NCBI GenBank assembly: GCA_034434875.1
Contig: DAOTYJ010000115.1
Location: forward strand, 3,213-67,212
Reading direction: 5' to 3'
DNA: 64,000 bases
Source of the DNA: Dehalococcoidia bacterium
Lineage (GTDB): Bacteria; Chloroflexota; Dehalococcoidia; JAUQQI01
The notes under the pieces were generated by a model. That model made no database searches. It was not told the DNA's origin and saw nothing but the letters and a program-made list of their open reading frames with translations. Each line of letters begins with the position of its first letter. Position 1 is the first letter of the stretch. This document shows, in pieces, positions 37,824 to 51,570 of this stretch. A program made the position numbers and the translations under genes.

Positions 37824-38945
37824 TTAGAACCGTAGCAGGGCGGCGATGCCGCCGACGGCGTCGAGCTTTTCGCCCCCCTTCCCCCGCACCAGCTCCACCC
37901 GGGCCTGCTGCCGGAGCATCGCCCGGATGAGGCTTTCGATCAGGTCGTTTACGTGGAGAAGGGGCTCCCCGCACAGGGGACAGGCGCCCCCGTCGGGCCG
38001 GGTGCCGATGAACCCGCAGTTGGGGCACTCATACCCCTCGGGCCGGAAGGTCTCGGTTATGAGCAGGCGCATTATCCGGTTCTCCAGGGCCGCCCGGACC
38101 GTATCGTCCAGGCCCACCGTGGCCGGCCCGCCCTTGGCGGCCAGCTCGAGGGTCTGGTCCACCAGGCCGAGCTCTTCTTCCCTTTCGAGGGCCTGCTCCA
38201 GCTCGAGGGTCTTGTAAAGAATCTCCTCGGGCGGGGCGATGGTCTGGGCGGTGAAGGTGCCCACCAGCTTCGACTCAAGTTCCTTGGGCAGAAGGTCCAC
38301 AAAGGTGCTTAAGGCCTCCGTCGGGCCGGCCACCACCAGCCGGTCGAAGGGATGGCGGGCCTCGAAATCCCGAAGCTCCTCCAGGGTGTGCTTTACGTGC
38401 CAGACGACGTGGGTCTCGTGGTGGCGCTGGAAGTCGGCCGAGGACCAGCCCCCCTGCTTGTGCTTTTTGACGACCAGGTCGGCGAACTCATCCAGCTCGA
38501 CGATTTTTGCCAGCTCGACGAAGAAGAGCCTGGCCCGGGCCTTGTCCAGCAAAAGCACCGCGTACCGGTCGTATTCGTCGAGCAGGTCCACCAGCGGCCG
38601 GATGTACGGGACCGTGTCGTAGTGGGCCTGGTCCCGGGGCCGGGTGTGGAGGAAGACGACCTCCCAGAAATCCTCGGGAATGCACGAGTAAACCGCCACC
38701 CCGAGGCCGTGGGGGGTAAAGTGGCGCTCAAAGTAATCGTCAATTTTTTCGATTTCGGCCTCCAAAAGCCGGCGCTTCTCTTCGGGAACCCGGCGCCGCA
38801 GCTCGTCCAAGAGGCTTTTGCGAACCACGTGGTAAGTTCGGTTCTGACTCTCCGGCGGGGAGATGTCGAGGACCAGGCTGAGCACATCGGCCCGCCTGGG
38901 CTTAAAGGCGGCGATTCGGTAAACCTGGTCCCGCCCTAGTTCCAT
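37824..38945 (-). CDS. bacterial eRF1/Pelota-like protein (baeRF1 / 'host attachment' family) with C-terminal zinc ribbon
   Basis: 373 aa; central loop VVKKHKQGGWSSADFQRHHE (Gln/Gly-rich, reminiscent of release-factor catalytic loops) and C-terminal CPNCG-x13-CPLCG zinc ribbon; no classical bacterial family signature; 31 nt downstream of clpB on the same strand. Confidence 0.5.
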   Translation of the reverse strand: MELGRDQVYRIAAFKPRRADVLSLVLDISPPESQNRTYHVVRKSLLDELRRRVPEEKRRLLEAEIEKIDDYFERHFTPHGLGVAVYSCIPEDFWEVVFLHTRPRDQAHYDTVPYIRPLVDLLDEYDRYAVLLLDKARARLFFVELAKIVELDEFADLVVKKHKQGGWSSADFQRHHETHVVWHVKHTLEELRDFEARHPFDRLVVAGPTEALSTFVDLLPKELESKLVGTFTAQTIAPPEEILYKTLELEQALEREEELGLVDQTLELAAKGGPATVGLDDTVRAALENRIMRLLITETFRPEGYECPNCGFIGTRPDGGACPLCGEPLLHVNDLIESLIRAMLRQQARVELVRGKGGEKLDAVGGIAALLRF

Positions 38946-38975
38946 CTGCCTCCTCCGGCTGTTTTTTCGGTTTCC

Positions 38976-41579
<2,604 letters not shown>

Positions 41580-41630
41580 ATCACCTCAACCCCCATCCTT
41601 TGGACTTCGGTTAAACTATACCACCCGGTT

Positions 41631-41649
41631 TCTTAGCAACCCGCTAAGA
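41631..41649. promoter_or_regulatory. inverted repeat TCTTAGC-N5-GCTAAGA at the clpB promoter (truncated-CIRCE-like) with TATAGT -10 at 41615-41620 (minus strand)
   Basis: Perfect 7-bp arms; arms equal the outer half-sites of CIRCE (TTAGCACTC-N9-GAGTGCTAA) but with a 5-nt spacer; IR sits at the -35 position relative to TATAGT, 35 nt upstream of the clpB ATG (GAGGTG RBS). Confidence 0.35.
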
Positions 41650-41666
41650 GGTGTCTAAGAATCGTC

Positions 41667-42866
41667 TTAACGGGCGAGGCCAACGACCCCCTCGGCCGCA
41701 AGCCTTTCGACTTCGGCGGGGGCGAGGCCGGCCAGGCCGGTGAGGACTTCCAGGGTGTGCTCCCCAAGGAGGGGGGCCGGCCGTTCCACCCGGGCGGGCG
41801 TCCGGGAGAACCTGGGGGGTGGGGCCGGGACCTTAAGGGAGCCTTCCCGGCCGCCGGGCAGGGGCAGCTCCAGGATCGAGCCCCGGGCCTGAACGTGGGA
41901 GTCGGCCAGAATCCGGTCGATGGTGTTGACCGGCGCAACGAAGGCGACCTCCTCTTCCAGCTCCGAAAGCCATTCGGCCGTGGTCTTCTGCCGGAATACC
42001 TCCTCGAGGATGGGCTCGAGTTCGGCGTGGTGTTCGGTGCGGGACTCGTTGGTCTGGAACCGCTCGTCGAACATCAGGTCCGGCCGGCCGAGCTTGGCGC
42101 AGAAGAGCTGCCAGTCCCGGACCCCGGCTACGACGACGTAGCCGTCCTTGGTGGGAAAAGCCTGGAACGGGGTGATGAGGGGGTGGCGGCTGCCCAGGGG
42201 GCCCGGCACCTCCCCCGTGGCGGCGTAGCGGACGATGGGGTTTTCTAAAAGGGCCAGCACCGCGTCCAGCATCCCCACGTCCACGTGCTGGCCCCGGCCG
42301 GTGCGGTGGCGGGCCTCCAGGGCGGCCAGGATGCCGACGGCCGCAAAGATTCCCCCGGCCAGGTCGGCCAGGGAAATCCCAACCCGAACCGGCCGTCCTC
42401 CCGGCTCGCCGGTGATGCTCATCAGGCCCGAGAGCCCCTGGATGATGACGTCGACGGCGTGCCGGTCCCGGTACGGCCCCGTCTGGCCGAAGCCGGAGAG
42501 GGAGGCGTAAATCAGGCGGGGATTTAAGGGCTCAAGGTCGGCGTAGCCGAGGCCCAGCCGGTCCATGGTGCCCGGGGTGAAGTTTTCGGCCAGGATATCC
42601 ACCTTGGGCACCAGCCGTCGGACGATATCGGCCCCGGCGGGGTGTTTTAAGTTAAGGGTTAAGCTCTTTTTGCCCCGGTTGATGCTGAAAAAATAGGTGC
42701 TTATGCCCTGAATGTAGGGGCCGGCCCCCCGCTCCTCCTCGGTAATGCCCACCGGCTCGACCTTGATGACTTCGGCCCCCAGGTCAGCCAAAATCATGGT
42801 GCAGAAGGGGCCGGCCAGCTTCCAGGTAAAATCGAGGACCCGCAGACCTTCCAGGGGACCCGGCAT
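41667..42866 (-). CDS. CaiB/BaiF family class-III CoA-transferase (second copy)
   Basis: 399 aa; LEGLRVLDFTWKLAGPFCTMILADLGAEVIKVE..., ILAENFTPG, RHAVDVIIQGLSGLMSITG family motifs. Confidence 0.85.
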   Translation of the reverse strand: MPGPLEGLRVLDFTWKLAGPFCTMILADLGAEVIKVEPVGITEEERGAGPYIQGISTYFFSINRGKKSLTLNLKHPAGADIVRRLVPKVDILAENFTPGTMDRLGLGYADLEPLNPRLIYASLSGFGQTGPYRDRHAVDVIIQGLSGLMSITGEPGGRPVRVGISLADLAGGIFAAVGILAALEARHRTGRGQHVDVGMLDAVLALLENPIVRYAATGEVPGPLGSRHPLITPFQAFPTKDGYVVVAGVRDWQLFCAKLGRPDLMFDERFQTNESRTEHHAELEPILEEVFRQKTTAEWLSELEEEVAFVAPVNTIDRILADSHVQARGSILELPLPGGREGSLKVPAPPPRFSRTPARVERPAPLLGEHTLEVLTGLAGLAPAEVERLAAEGVVGLAR

Positions 42867-42956
42867 AAACAGACCCTCCCGTTGTTATGATGCCAGAGTC
42901 CGGGCCCACCGGCCAAGGCCGGTGGCCGGGTTTATAATTTAACAATTGAAGCGCCG

Positions 42957-45050
42957 TTGACAATGGACGAGGAACGGAGTCGGCAAGAGCCGGTCAAGAT
43001 ACCCTCCCCCGACCTGGAGCAGCGGGAGCTGGTGACGGGCCGACGGCCGGGCACCCGCTACGTGCGGATCGTCCGCCCCTTCGCCCACGAGTTCCGCCGA
43101 CGGGCCCCGGGCGAGCTGGTGGCCACCGAGCGGGTTTTGGCCCCCAGGTCGACCCTGGGCAAGGTCTTCGAGGCGGTCCGGCGGGTCCTCCTCGGGCGGC
43201 GGCTGGCCACCGAGATGGAGCTTTCGGAGCGGGTAGGCAAGCTAAAAGGGCTCGCCATTCTGGCTTCGGACAACGTTTCGTCCTCGGCCTACGCCACCGA
43301 GGAGATCATGCGGGTGCTGGTCACCGCCGGGGTCGCCGCCCTGGCCCTGACGGTGCCCATCTCGGCCGCCATTGCGGCCCTGGTGGTCATCGTCGTCCTG
43401 AGCTACCTTCAGGTCATCCGGGCCTACCCGGCCGGTGGGGGAAGCTACCACGTGGCCTACGAGAACCTGGGGACTCTGGCCGGCCTCACCGCCGCGGCGG
43501 CCCTCCTGATGGACTATATTCTGACGGTGGCGGTTTCGACCGCCGCCGGGGTTGCGGCCATAACCTCGGCTTTCCCCGAGCTTTTTAGATACCGGGTCGG
43601 GCTGACCGTATTTTTAATCGGCTTTATTACGGTCATAAATCTGCGGGGCGTTCGGGAGTCCGGCTCCATCTTTGCGGCCCCCACGTATCTTTATGTCCTG
43701 GGCCTTTTCGGCCTCTTCGGCGTCGGCCTCTGGCGGCTGGCGACGGGGGACGTCCCGGTTTACACGCCCCCGCCCGAGTGGCTCGAAGCCTACCACCCGG
43801 AGCCCCTCACCCTTCTGCTGGTCCTACGGGCCTTCTCCTCCGGGGCGGTTGCCCTGACCGGCATCGAGGCGGTGTCCAACAGTGTGCAGATTTTTAAGCC
43901 GCCCGAGGTTCGCAACGCCCAACTGGTCCTTATCAGTATGGGCAGCCTCTTTATAACCATTTTCCTGGGCATAAGCCTCTTTTCGGCCTACCTGGGGGTG
44001 ATCCCGGACCCCCACGAGGTCCAGACGGTGCTCAGCCAGATCGCCCGGAGCCTGGTTGGGGAAAGCCCCTTTTACTACTACCTGCAGTTTGCCACCGCGG
44101 TCATCTTAATCCTGGCGGCAAACACCGCCTTTAACGGCTTCCCCAGGCTGGCCAGCATCCTGGCCCGGGACCGGTTCTTGCCGACCCAGTTCCAGTATCG
44201 GGGCGACCGGCTGGCCTACAGCACCGGGGTCGTCGTCCTGGCCGTCGTCTCCAGTCTGCTGGTGGCCGCCTACCAGGCCAGCGTCACCGGCCTGATACCC
44301 CTCTACACGGTGGGGGTCTTCCTGGCCTTTACCCTGAGTCAGCTGGGGCTGGTCCGCCGCTGGTACCGGCTCCGGGACGAGGAGCCGGGCTGGGGCTGGC
44401 GGGCGGCCCTTAACGCCCTCGGGGCCCTGGCCACCGGCACGGTCCTGGTGGTGGTCGGGGTTTCGAAGTTTGCCCTGGGCGCCTGGATGGTAATCGTCCT
44501 GATTCCGATTCTTATCGGCCTGATGTGGTCCATCCACCGCCACTACCGGTTCGTGGAGGACCTGCTCACCCTGGACCGGCTGGATGTGAGGCTCAGGCCG
44601 GAGCGGCCGCCCCTGGTGGTGGTCCCCATCGCCCGCCTGGACCGGCAGGCCCTGCGGGCCCTTGCCTTTGCCCGGTCGATTTCCCCCGAGGTGGTGGCGG
44701 TCCACGTCACCGACGACGTCCGGGAAGCCGAAGGGCTCCGCCGCCGCTGGGAGCAGCTGGGCCTGGGCATTCCCCTGGAGGTCGTCCATTCACCCTACCG
44801 GGCCCTCATCGAGCCCCTGCTGGCCTACATCGACGCCCTGGACAAGCTGGACCCCGGCCGGCCGATAACGGTGGTCCTCTCCGAGTACGTGCCCAAGCAC
44901 TTCTGGGAGCTCTTCCTGCACAACCAGACGGCCCTGCGGCTCAGGCTCCGCCTCTTCTTCCGGCCCAACACCATCGTCATCGATGTGCCGTATCACCTGG
45001 AATACAGCCTTGAGGAGCTTGGGGCCGAGGGGAAAGGGTCCGCCCGATGA
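42957..45050 (+). CDS. APC-superfamily amino acid permease fused to a C-terminal USP-like cytoplasmic domain
   Basis: 697 aa; 12-TM APC core (GLAILASDNVSSSAYATEEI..., GGGSYHVAYENLG) followed by ~200-aa soluble domain (LVVVPIARLDRQALRALAFARSISPEVVAVHVTDD...ITVVLSEYVP) resembling a universal-stress-protein fold. Confidence 0.75.
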   Translation: MTMDEERSRQEPVKIPSPDLEQRELVTGRRPGTRYVRIVRPFAHEFRRRAPGELVATERVLAPRSTLGKVFEAVRRVLLGRRLATEMELSERVGKLKGLAILASDNVSSSAYATEEIMRVLVTAGVAALALTVPISAAIAALVVIVVLSYLQVIRAYPAGGGSYHVAYENLGTLAGLTAAAALLMDYILTVAVSTAAGVAAITSAFPELFRYRVGLTVFLIGFITVINLRGVRESGSIFAAPTYLYVLGLFGLFGVGLWRLATGDVPVYTPPPEWLEAYHPEPLTLLLVLRAFSSGAVALTGIEAVSNSVQIFKPPEVRNAQLVLISMGSLFITIFLGISLFSAYLGVIPDPHEVQTVLSQIARSLVGESPFYYYLQFATAVILILAANTAFNGFPRLASILARDRFLPTQFQYRGDRLAYSTGVVVLAVVSSLLVAAYQASVTGLIPLYTVGVFLAFTLSQLGLVRRWYRLRDEEPGWGWRAALNALGALATGTVLVVVGVSKFALGAWMVIVLIPILIGLMWSIHRHYRFVEDLLTLDRLDVRLRPERPPLVVVPIARLDRQALRALAFARSISPEVVAVHVTDDVREAEGLRRRWEQLGLGIPLEVVHSPYRALIEPLLAYIDALDKLDPGRPITVVLSEYVPKHFWELFLHNQTALRLRLRLFFRPNTIVIDVPYHLEYSLEELGAEGKGSAR

Positions 45051-45448
45051 GGCGGCTTAAAGTTAACACCACCCGCCGGCGGGAAGTCCTGGACCTCACC
45101 GACCGGGTGAACGCCCTGCTGGCAGAGGCCGGTTTTAAAGCCGGCCTCTGCCACCTGCTACTACTTCACACCACCGCGGCCCTCACCCTGGCCGACCTGG
45201 ACCCCGGCACCGACCTGGATATGCTGGATGCCTTCACCGAGATGGTGCCTAAGCTCCGGTACCGCCACCCCCACAACCCCGCCCACGTGCCCAACCACAT
45301 CCTCTCGGCCCTCATCGGCACCTCCCTGGCCCTGCCCGTATCCGACGGCCGCCTGGTCCTGGGTACCTGGCAGCGGGTGGTGCTGGTGGAGTTTGAGGGG
45401 CCCCGGCCGCGGGAGGTGGCGGTGACCCTCCTGCCGGCGGCATTGTAG
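45047..45448 (+). CDS. yjbQ: YjbQ/UPF0047 family protein (secondary thiamine-phosphate synthase-like)
   Basis: 133 aa; TTRRREVLDLTDRVNALLAEAGFKAGLCHLLLLHTTAALTLADLDPGTDLD...LVLGTWQRVVLVEF is the YjbQ signature; ATGA overlap with the permease gene. Confidence 0.75.
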   Translation: MRRLKVNTTRRREVLDLTDRVNALLAEAGFKAGLCHLLLLHTTAALTLADLDPGTDLDMLDAFTEMVPKLRYRHPHNPAHVPNHILSALIGTSLALPVSDGRLVLGTWQRVVLVEFEGPRPREVAVTLLPAAL

Positions 45449-45499
45449 GGGGGCGGCCGGTTGTGGTAAACTGCTCTCTGGACAGTGCCTGAATCGGCC

Positions 45500-46909
45500 A
45501 TGGAAACCCTGACCCCGAAAGAGATCGTCCGGCAGCTTGATAAATACATAATCGGTCAGGAGGCGGCCAAAAGGGCGGTTGCCATCGCCCTGCGCAACCG
45601 GTACCGGCGCCGGATGCTCCCCCCCGAGCTTGCCCGGGACATTCTGCCCAAAAACATCCTGATGATCGGCCCCACCGGCGTCGGCAAGACGGAGATTGCG
45701 CGGCGGGTGGCCCAGCTTATCGGGGCCCCCTTTGTTAAGGTCGAGGCGACCCGCTTTACCGAGGTCGGCTACGTCGGCCGGGACGTGGAATCCATCATCC
45801 ACGAGCTAGTCGACGCGAGCGTGGGGATGGTCTACGAGGAGCGGCTGCGGGAGGTGCAGTCGAAGGCCGAATCTCTGGCCAACGAACGGCTGGTAAATTA
45901 CATCTACCAGCAGCTCATTGCCGGCCCGAAGCGGGCCCGGGCCAAGGGGCGGCTCCGGAGCCCGCTCCTGTCCCTGGAGCTTTTGGACGACCCCGACCTG
46001 GTCAAGTCCGATAAGGCCCGGATGCGGGCGGTGCGCAAGCGGGTGGCCGACCTGGTGAAGGCCCGGGCCCTGGACGACCACATCATCGAGATCGAGGTCG
46101 GCGACTACGACCGCTACAACCTGGAGTTCGGCCCCGGGGTCTCGGTGGACGAACTTCGGGAGTCCTTCGCCGACTTCATCGAGCAGTATGAAGATTACAG
46201 CCGGCGGCGCCGGGCCCGCCGGGTCTCCGTCCGGGAGGCCCGTCGGATCCTGACCCGGGAGGAGGCCTCCAAGCTCATCAACGTCGACGAGGTTATCGAG
46301 GAGGGCGTGCGCCGGGCGGAGGAGCTGGGGGTTGTCTTTATCGACGAGATCGACAAGATCGCCGGCCCCGAGGTGGAGGTGGGGCCGGACGTCTCCGGCG
46401 AAGGGGTTCAGCGGGACCTGCTGCCCATTGTGGAGGGCTGCACCGTCCTCACCCGCTACGGCCCGGTCCGCACCGACCACATCCTGTTCATTGCCGCCGG
46501 GGCCTTCTACGACCGGCGGCCGTCGGACCTGATCCCGGAGCTTCAGGGCCGCTTCCCCCTGCGGGTGGAGCTTCACCCCCTGGGCGAAGAGGAGTTCCGG
46601 CGGATCCTGGTCGAGCCGGAAAACTCCCTGGTCAAACAGTACCAGGCCCTGCTGGCCACCGAGGGGGTGGAGCTGGAGTTCACCGAGGACGCCATCGCCG
46701 AGCTGGCCCGGACGGCCGCCCGTCTGAACGAGCGGTATGAGAACATCGGCGCCCGCCGCCTTTACACGGTGATGGAGGCCGTTCTGGAGGAGATAAGCTT
46801 CAGCGCCCCCGAGCGGCGGGGCGAGCGGGTGCTCATCGACGCCGAGTACGTGCGCAGCCGGCTCGCCGGTCTGCTGGCGAACGAAGACCTAAGCCGCTAT
46901 ATTCTCTAA
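45500..46909 (+). CDS. hslU: ATP-dependent protease ATPase subunit HslU
   Basis: METLTPKEIVRQLDKYIIGQEAAKRAVAIALRNRYRR...[47 protein letters not shown]...GVVFIDEIDKI; the ORF track's GTG at 45485 adds 5 aa; no hslV upstream. Confidence 0.9.
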   Translation: METLTPKEIVRQLDKYIIGQEAAKRAVAIALRNRYRRRMLPPELARDILPKNILMIGPTGVGKTEIARRVAQLIGAPFVKVEATRFTEVGYVGRDVESIIHELVDASVGMVYEERLREVQSKAESLANERLVNYIYQQLIAGPKRARAKGRLRSPLLSLELLDDPDLVKSDKARMRAVRKRVADLVKARALDDHIIEIEVGDYDRYNLEFGPGVSVDELRESFADFIEQYEDYSRRRRARRVSVREARRILTREEASKLINVDEVIEEGVRRAEELGVVFIDEIDKIAGPEVEVGPDVSGEGVQRDLLPIVEGCTVLTRYGPVRTDHILFIAAGAFYDRRPSDLIPELQGRFPLRVELHPLGEEEFRRILVEPENSLVKQYQALLATEGVELEFTEDAIAELARTAARLNERYENIGARRLYTVMEAVLEEISFSAPERRGERVLIDAEYVRSRLAGLLANEDLSRYIL

Positions 46910-47028
46910 AAGGGCGAAAGCCCCGTTCGGCAAAACGCACGCCCCCCGACTGCCCCGGCCGTGCCCGCCGAGGGGTCCCGGGGCAGGAAGACGGGGGCGG
47001 AGGACTAACGGAAGGAGGTTCGTAAAAA

Positions 47029-47825
47029 ATGACAGCCCAGACTGCCCAGCAACTCGTTCCGATGAAGGCGCTGCTGGAGGCCGGGGTCCACTTCGGCCAT
47101 CAGACCCGCCGGTGGAACCCCAAGATGCGCCCGTATATCTTCACCGAGCGCAACGGCATCCACATCATCGACCTCCAGCAGACCCTCATTAAACTCGAGG
47201 AGGCTTACAACTTCGTCCGGGACCTGGTGGCCCGGGGCGGCACCATCCTCTTCGTGGGGACGAAAAAGCAGGCCCAGGATACCATCGAACAGGAGGCCAA
47301 GCGGTGCGGGATGTTCTACATCAACCACCGCTGGCCCGGGGGGATGCTCACCAACTGGGCCACCATCCAGAGGCGGATCGACTACCTGGCCCGCCTTGAG
47401 GACCGGAAGGCCAAGGGCGAGTTCCACTATCTGCCCACCAAGGAGCGGCAGAAGCTGGAAAAGGAGCTCTTTAAGCTCAACCGGATGTTCGGCGGGGTCC
47501 GGGAGATGCGGGAGCTGCCGGACGCCCTCTTCATCGTCGACCCGACCCGGGAGCATATCGCCGTCCGGGAGGCCCGAAGGCTCGGGATCCCCATCGTGGC
47601 CATCTGCGACACCAACTGCGACCCGGACCTTATCGACTACCCGATTCCGGCCAACGACGACGCCATCCGGTCCATCCGGCTGATAACCCAGAAGGTCGCC
47701 GACGCTGTCATCGAAGGCCGCCGGCTCTACGAGGCCCGGGTCGCCTCCGAGGAGGCCGAGTTCGAAACCGCCTTCGACCAGCCCATGACCTACACCGCCG
47801 AGCCGACCGAAGAAGGGGAAGAATA

Positions 47826-47826
<1 letters not shown>
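47029..47826 (+). CDS. rpsB: 30S ribosomal protein S2
   Basis: [35 protein letters not shown]...; RBS GGAAGGAGG 9 nt upstream. Confidence 0.95.
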
Positions 47827-49101
<1,275 letters not shown>

Positions 49102-49117
49102 CTGGGGGTGTTCGGCG

Positions 49118-49675
49118 TTGGTCGAGGATGTCTTAAAAGAGGCCGAGGCCAAGATGCAGAAGGCCGTCGAGGCTGCCCGCCGGGAGCTGGTGGGCATCCG
49201 CACCGGCCGGGCATCGCCCGCCCTGGTGGAACGCCTGCCCGTGGACTACTACGGACAGCCCACCCCCCTCATGCAGCTTTCGACCATTACGGCCCCGGAA
49301 CCCCGCCTGCTGGTGATCCAGCCCTTCGACCCCAACGCCATCCCCATGATCGAGAAGGCCATAATGAAGTCGGAGCTGGGCCTTAATCCGAGCAACGACG
49401 GCCGGGTGATCCGGGTCGTGCTGCCCCAGCTGACGGAGGAGCGGCGGCGGGAGCTGGTCAGGCTGGTCCACCGCAAGGTGGAGGAGTTCCGGGTGGCCAT
49501 CCGAAACGTCCGGCGGGAGGCCCTCGAGGACCTGCGGGAGCTGGAAAAAGAAAAGCTCATCTCCCAGGACGACCACCGGCGGGCCCAGGAGCGCCTTCAG
49601 AAGCTTACGGACAAATACATCGGCCTCCTCGACGCCCTCGAAAAGGAAAAAGAGAAAGAGATCCTCGAAGAATGA
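49118..49675 (+). CDS. frr: ribosome recycling factor
   Basis: 185 aa; ...[49 protein letters not shown]... Confidence 0.9.
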   Translation: MVEDVLKEAEAKMQKAVEAARRELVGIRTGRASPALVERLPVDYYGQPTPLMQLSTITAPEPRLLVIQPFDPNAIPMIEKAIMKSELGLNPSNDGRVIRVVLPQLTEERRRELVRLVHRKVEEFRVAIRNVRREALEDLRELEKEKLISQDDHRRAQERLQKLTDKYIGLLDALEKEKEKEILEE

Positions 49676-50415
49676 TCGGGCGGCAGGTGCGAACCCAGGC
49701 CCTGGAGCGGCCGGCACCGGCCCGCATCCCGGCCCACGTGGCCATCATCATGGACGGCAACGGCCGGTGGGCCCTGCGCCGGGGCCTGCCCCGGCTGGCG
49801 GGGCACCGGGCCGGGACCGAAAACATCCGTCGGGTCATCGAGTGCTTCGCCCGCCACGGGGTTAAATATCTTACCCTTTACGCCTTTTCAACGGAGAACT
49901 GGTCCCGGCCGGAGGAAGAGGTTCAGGGCCTGATGGAAATCTTAAAAGAGGTGCTGGACCGGGAGGTCGAAAACCTCCACCGGCAGGGGGCCCGGCTCCT
50001 GCACATCGGCAACTTGGAGGTCTTAGACCCGGACCTTCAGGCGGCCGTCCGCCGGGCCATCCACCTGACCAGGGCTAACGACCGGATCACCGTGGCGGTG
50101 GCCTTTAATTACGGCGGCCGGGCCGAGATTTTAGAGGCCGTCCGCCGGATCATCGCCGCCGGGGTGAGGCCCGAAGAGGTGACCGAGGAGCTTTTTGCCC
50201 GCTACCTTCACACCGCCGGCCTGCCCGACCCCGACCTGATCATCCGGACGGCCGGGGAACAGCGGCTGAGCAATTTTCTCATCTGGCAGGCCGCCTACGC
50301 CGAGTATTATTTCACCCCCGTCCTCTGGCCCGACTTCGACGAGGCCGAGGTTGCCCGGGCCCTGGAAGCCTACGCCCGCCGGGAGCGGCGCTTCGGCGGC
50401 CTCGCCCCCCGCTGA
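49672..50415 (+). CDS. uppS: isoprenyl transferase (undecaprenyl diphosphate synthase)
   Basis: [27 protein letters not shown]...[19 protein letters not shown]...[17 protein letters not shown]. Confidence 0.9.
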   Translation: MIGRQVRTQALERPAPARIPAHVAIIMDGNGRWALRRGLPRLAGHRAGTENIRRVIECFARHGVKYLTLYAFSTENWSRPEEEVQGLMEILKEVLDREVENLHRQGARLLHIGNLEVLDPDLQAAVRRAIHLTRANDRITVAVAFNYGGRAEILEAVRRIIAAGVRPEEVTEELFARYLHTAGLPDPDLIIRTAGEQRLSNFLIWQAAYAEYYFTPVLWPDFDEAEVARALEAYARRERRFGGLAPR

Positions 50416-50417
50416 GG

Positions 50418-51554
50418 CTAGCCGGGGACCCGGCCCAGCCGGCTCAGGCCGAAAAACCCGACGTCGTGGCGGCTCCGGCCTTCGGTAACCAGGTCGGCGG
50501 CAACCTCCCCGATGACCGGCCCGAACTTGAACCCGTGGCCCGAGCAGGGGCTCAGGATGAGCACCTGGGGGTAGCCCGGGTAAAAGTCGATTAAAAAGTG
50601 GCGGTCGGGGGCGTTGGTGTAGAGGCAGACGGCCGCCAGCTGAAGGGGACCGTCGGCGTCGGGCAGGTAGCGCCGAAGCAGTTCCCGGACGGCCTCGACC
50701 TCGGGCTCGCTGACCTCCCGGTCGACGGAGTCGGGGTCGACGGTTTCGCCCCCGTGGTGGCGGGCGCTTTTTACCCCCTCGCCCAGGTCGGGAATGCCGT
50801 AAAAATGGGCCCCGGGGGCATATTCGACGATGAAGACGGGCAGCCGCCCCGGCCGGAACAGTTCCGGGTTTGCCCGGGGCCAAAACCAGAGCATCACCTG
50901 GCGCTCGACCTGGAGGGGCAGGCCAGGCAGGAGCTTGGGGGCCCAGGGCCCAGCGGCAACCACCAGCCGCCCGGCCCGGTACTCGGCCCCGGCCGACCGG
51001 ACCCGCACCCCGGAGCCGTCGGCCGCCCAGGAAAGGACCCTTTCGCCGAACTTGAAGCGGGCCCCGTGCCGCCGGGCGAGGCCGAGCAGGGTGTCGACGG
51101 CGGCCTCCGGGAAGAGCACCCCGGCCCGGGGCTCCCAGACCCCCACCATATCGGGGTCGGGACGCAGGGCCGGGAAGCGGGCCCGGACCTCCTCGGCCGA
51201 AAGGGTTTCGTGGGTCAGGCCGTGGGTGCGGGCGCTTAAGAGACTGCCCGAAACCAGCTCCCCGTCGGGCGGGCCGAGGTTAAGGCCGCCCGTCTGCAAA
51301 AAGAGCCGGCGGCCCGATTCGGCCTCCAGTTCGGCCCAGAGCTCGTAGGCCCGGCGGACCAGGGGCACGTAAACCGGGTGCTCGTAGTAGGCCTCCCGGA
51401 TGATGCGGGAGCGGCCGTGGGAGGAGCCCGCCCAGTGGGGCGGCCTGAGCAGGTCGAGGCCCAGCACCCTTACGCCCCGCCGGCCCAGGTGGTAGGCCGT
51501 GGCGCTCCCCATAATCCCCAGCCCAACGACGATCACGTCAAAGCTCCCGTTCAT
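50418..51554 (-). CDS. FAD-dependent oxidoreductase of the sarcosine oxidase / D-amino-acid oxidase family (MSOX/SolA-like)
   Basis: 378 aa; FDVIVVGLGIMGSATAYHLGRRGVRVLGLD dinucleotide fold; C-terminal CLYTNAPDRHFLID...GHGFKFGPVIGEVAADLV; convergent with uppS with only 2 nt between stop codons. Confidence 0.75.
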   Translation of the reverse strand: MNGSFDVIVVGLGIMGSATAYHLGRRGVRVLGLDLLRPPHWAGSSHGRSRIIREAYYEHPVYVPLVRRAYELWAELEAESGRRLFLQTGGLNLGPPDGELVSGSLLSARTHGLTHETLSAEEVRARFPALRPDPDMVGVWEPRAGVLFPEAAVDTLLGLARRHGARFKFGERVLSWAADGSGVRVRSAGAEYRAGRLVVAAGPWAPKLLPGLPLQVERQVMLWFWPRANPELFRPGRLPVFIVEYAPGAHFYGIPDLGEGVKSARHHGGETVDPDSVDREVSEPEVEAVRELLRRYLPDADGPLQLAAVCLYTNAPDRHFLIDFYPGYPQVLILSPCSGHGFKFGPVIGEVAADLVTEGRSRHDVGFFGLSRLGRVPG

Positions 51555-51570
51555 CGGAGGACCCTCCCCC

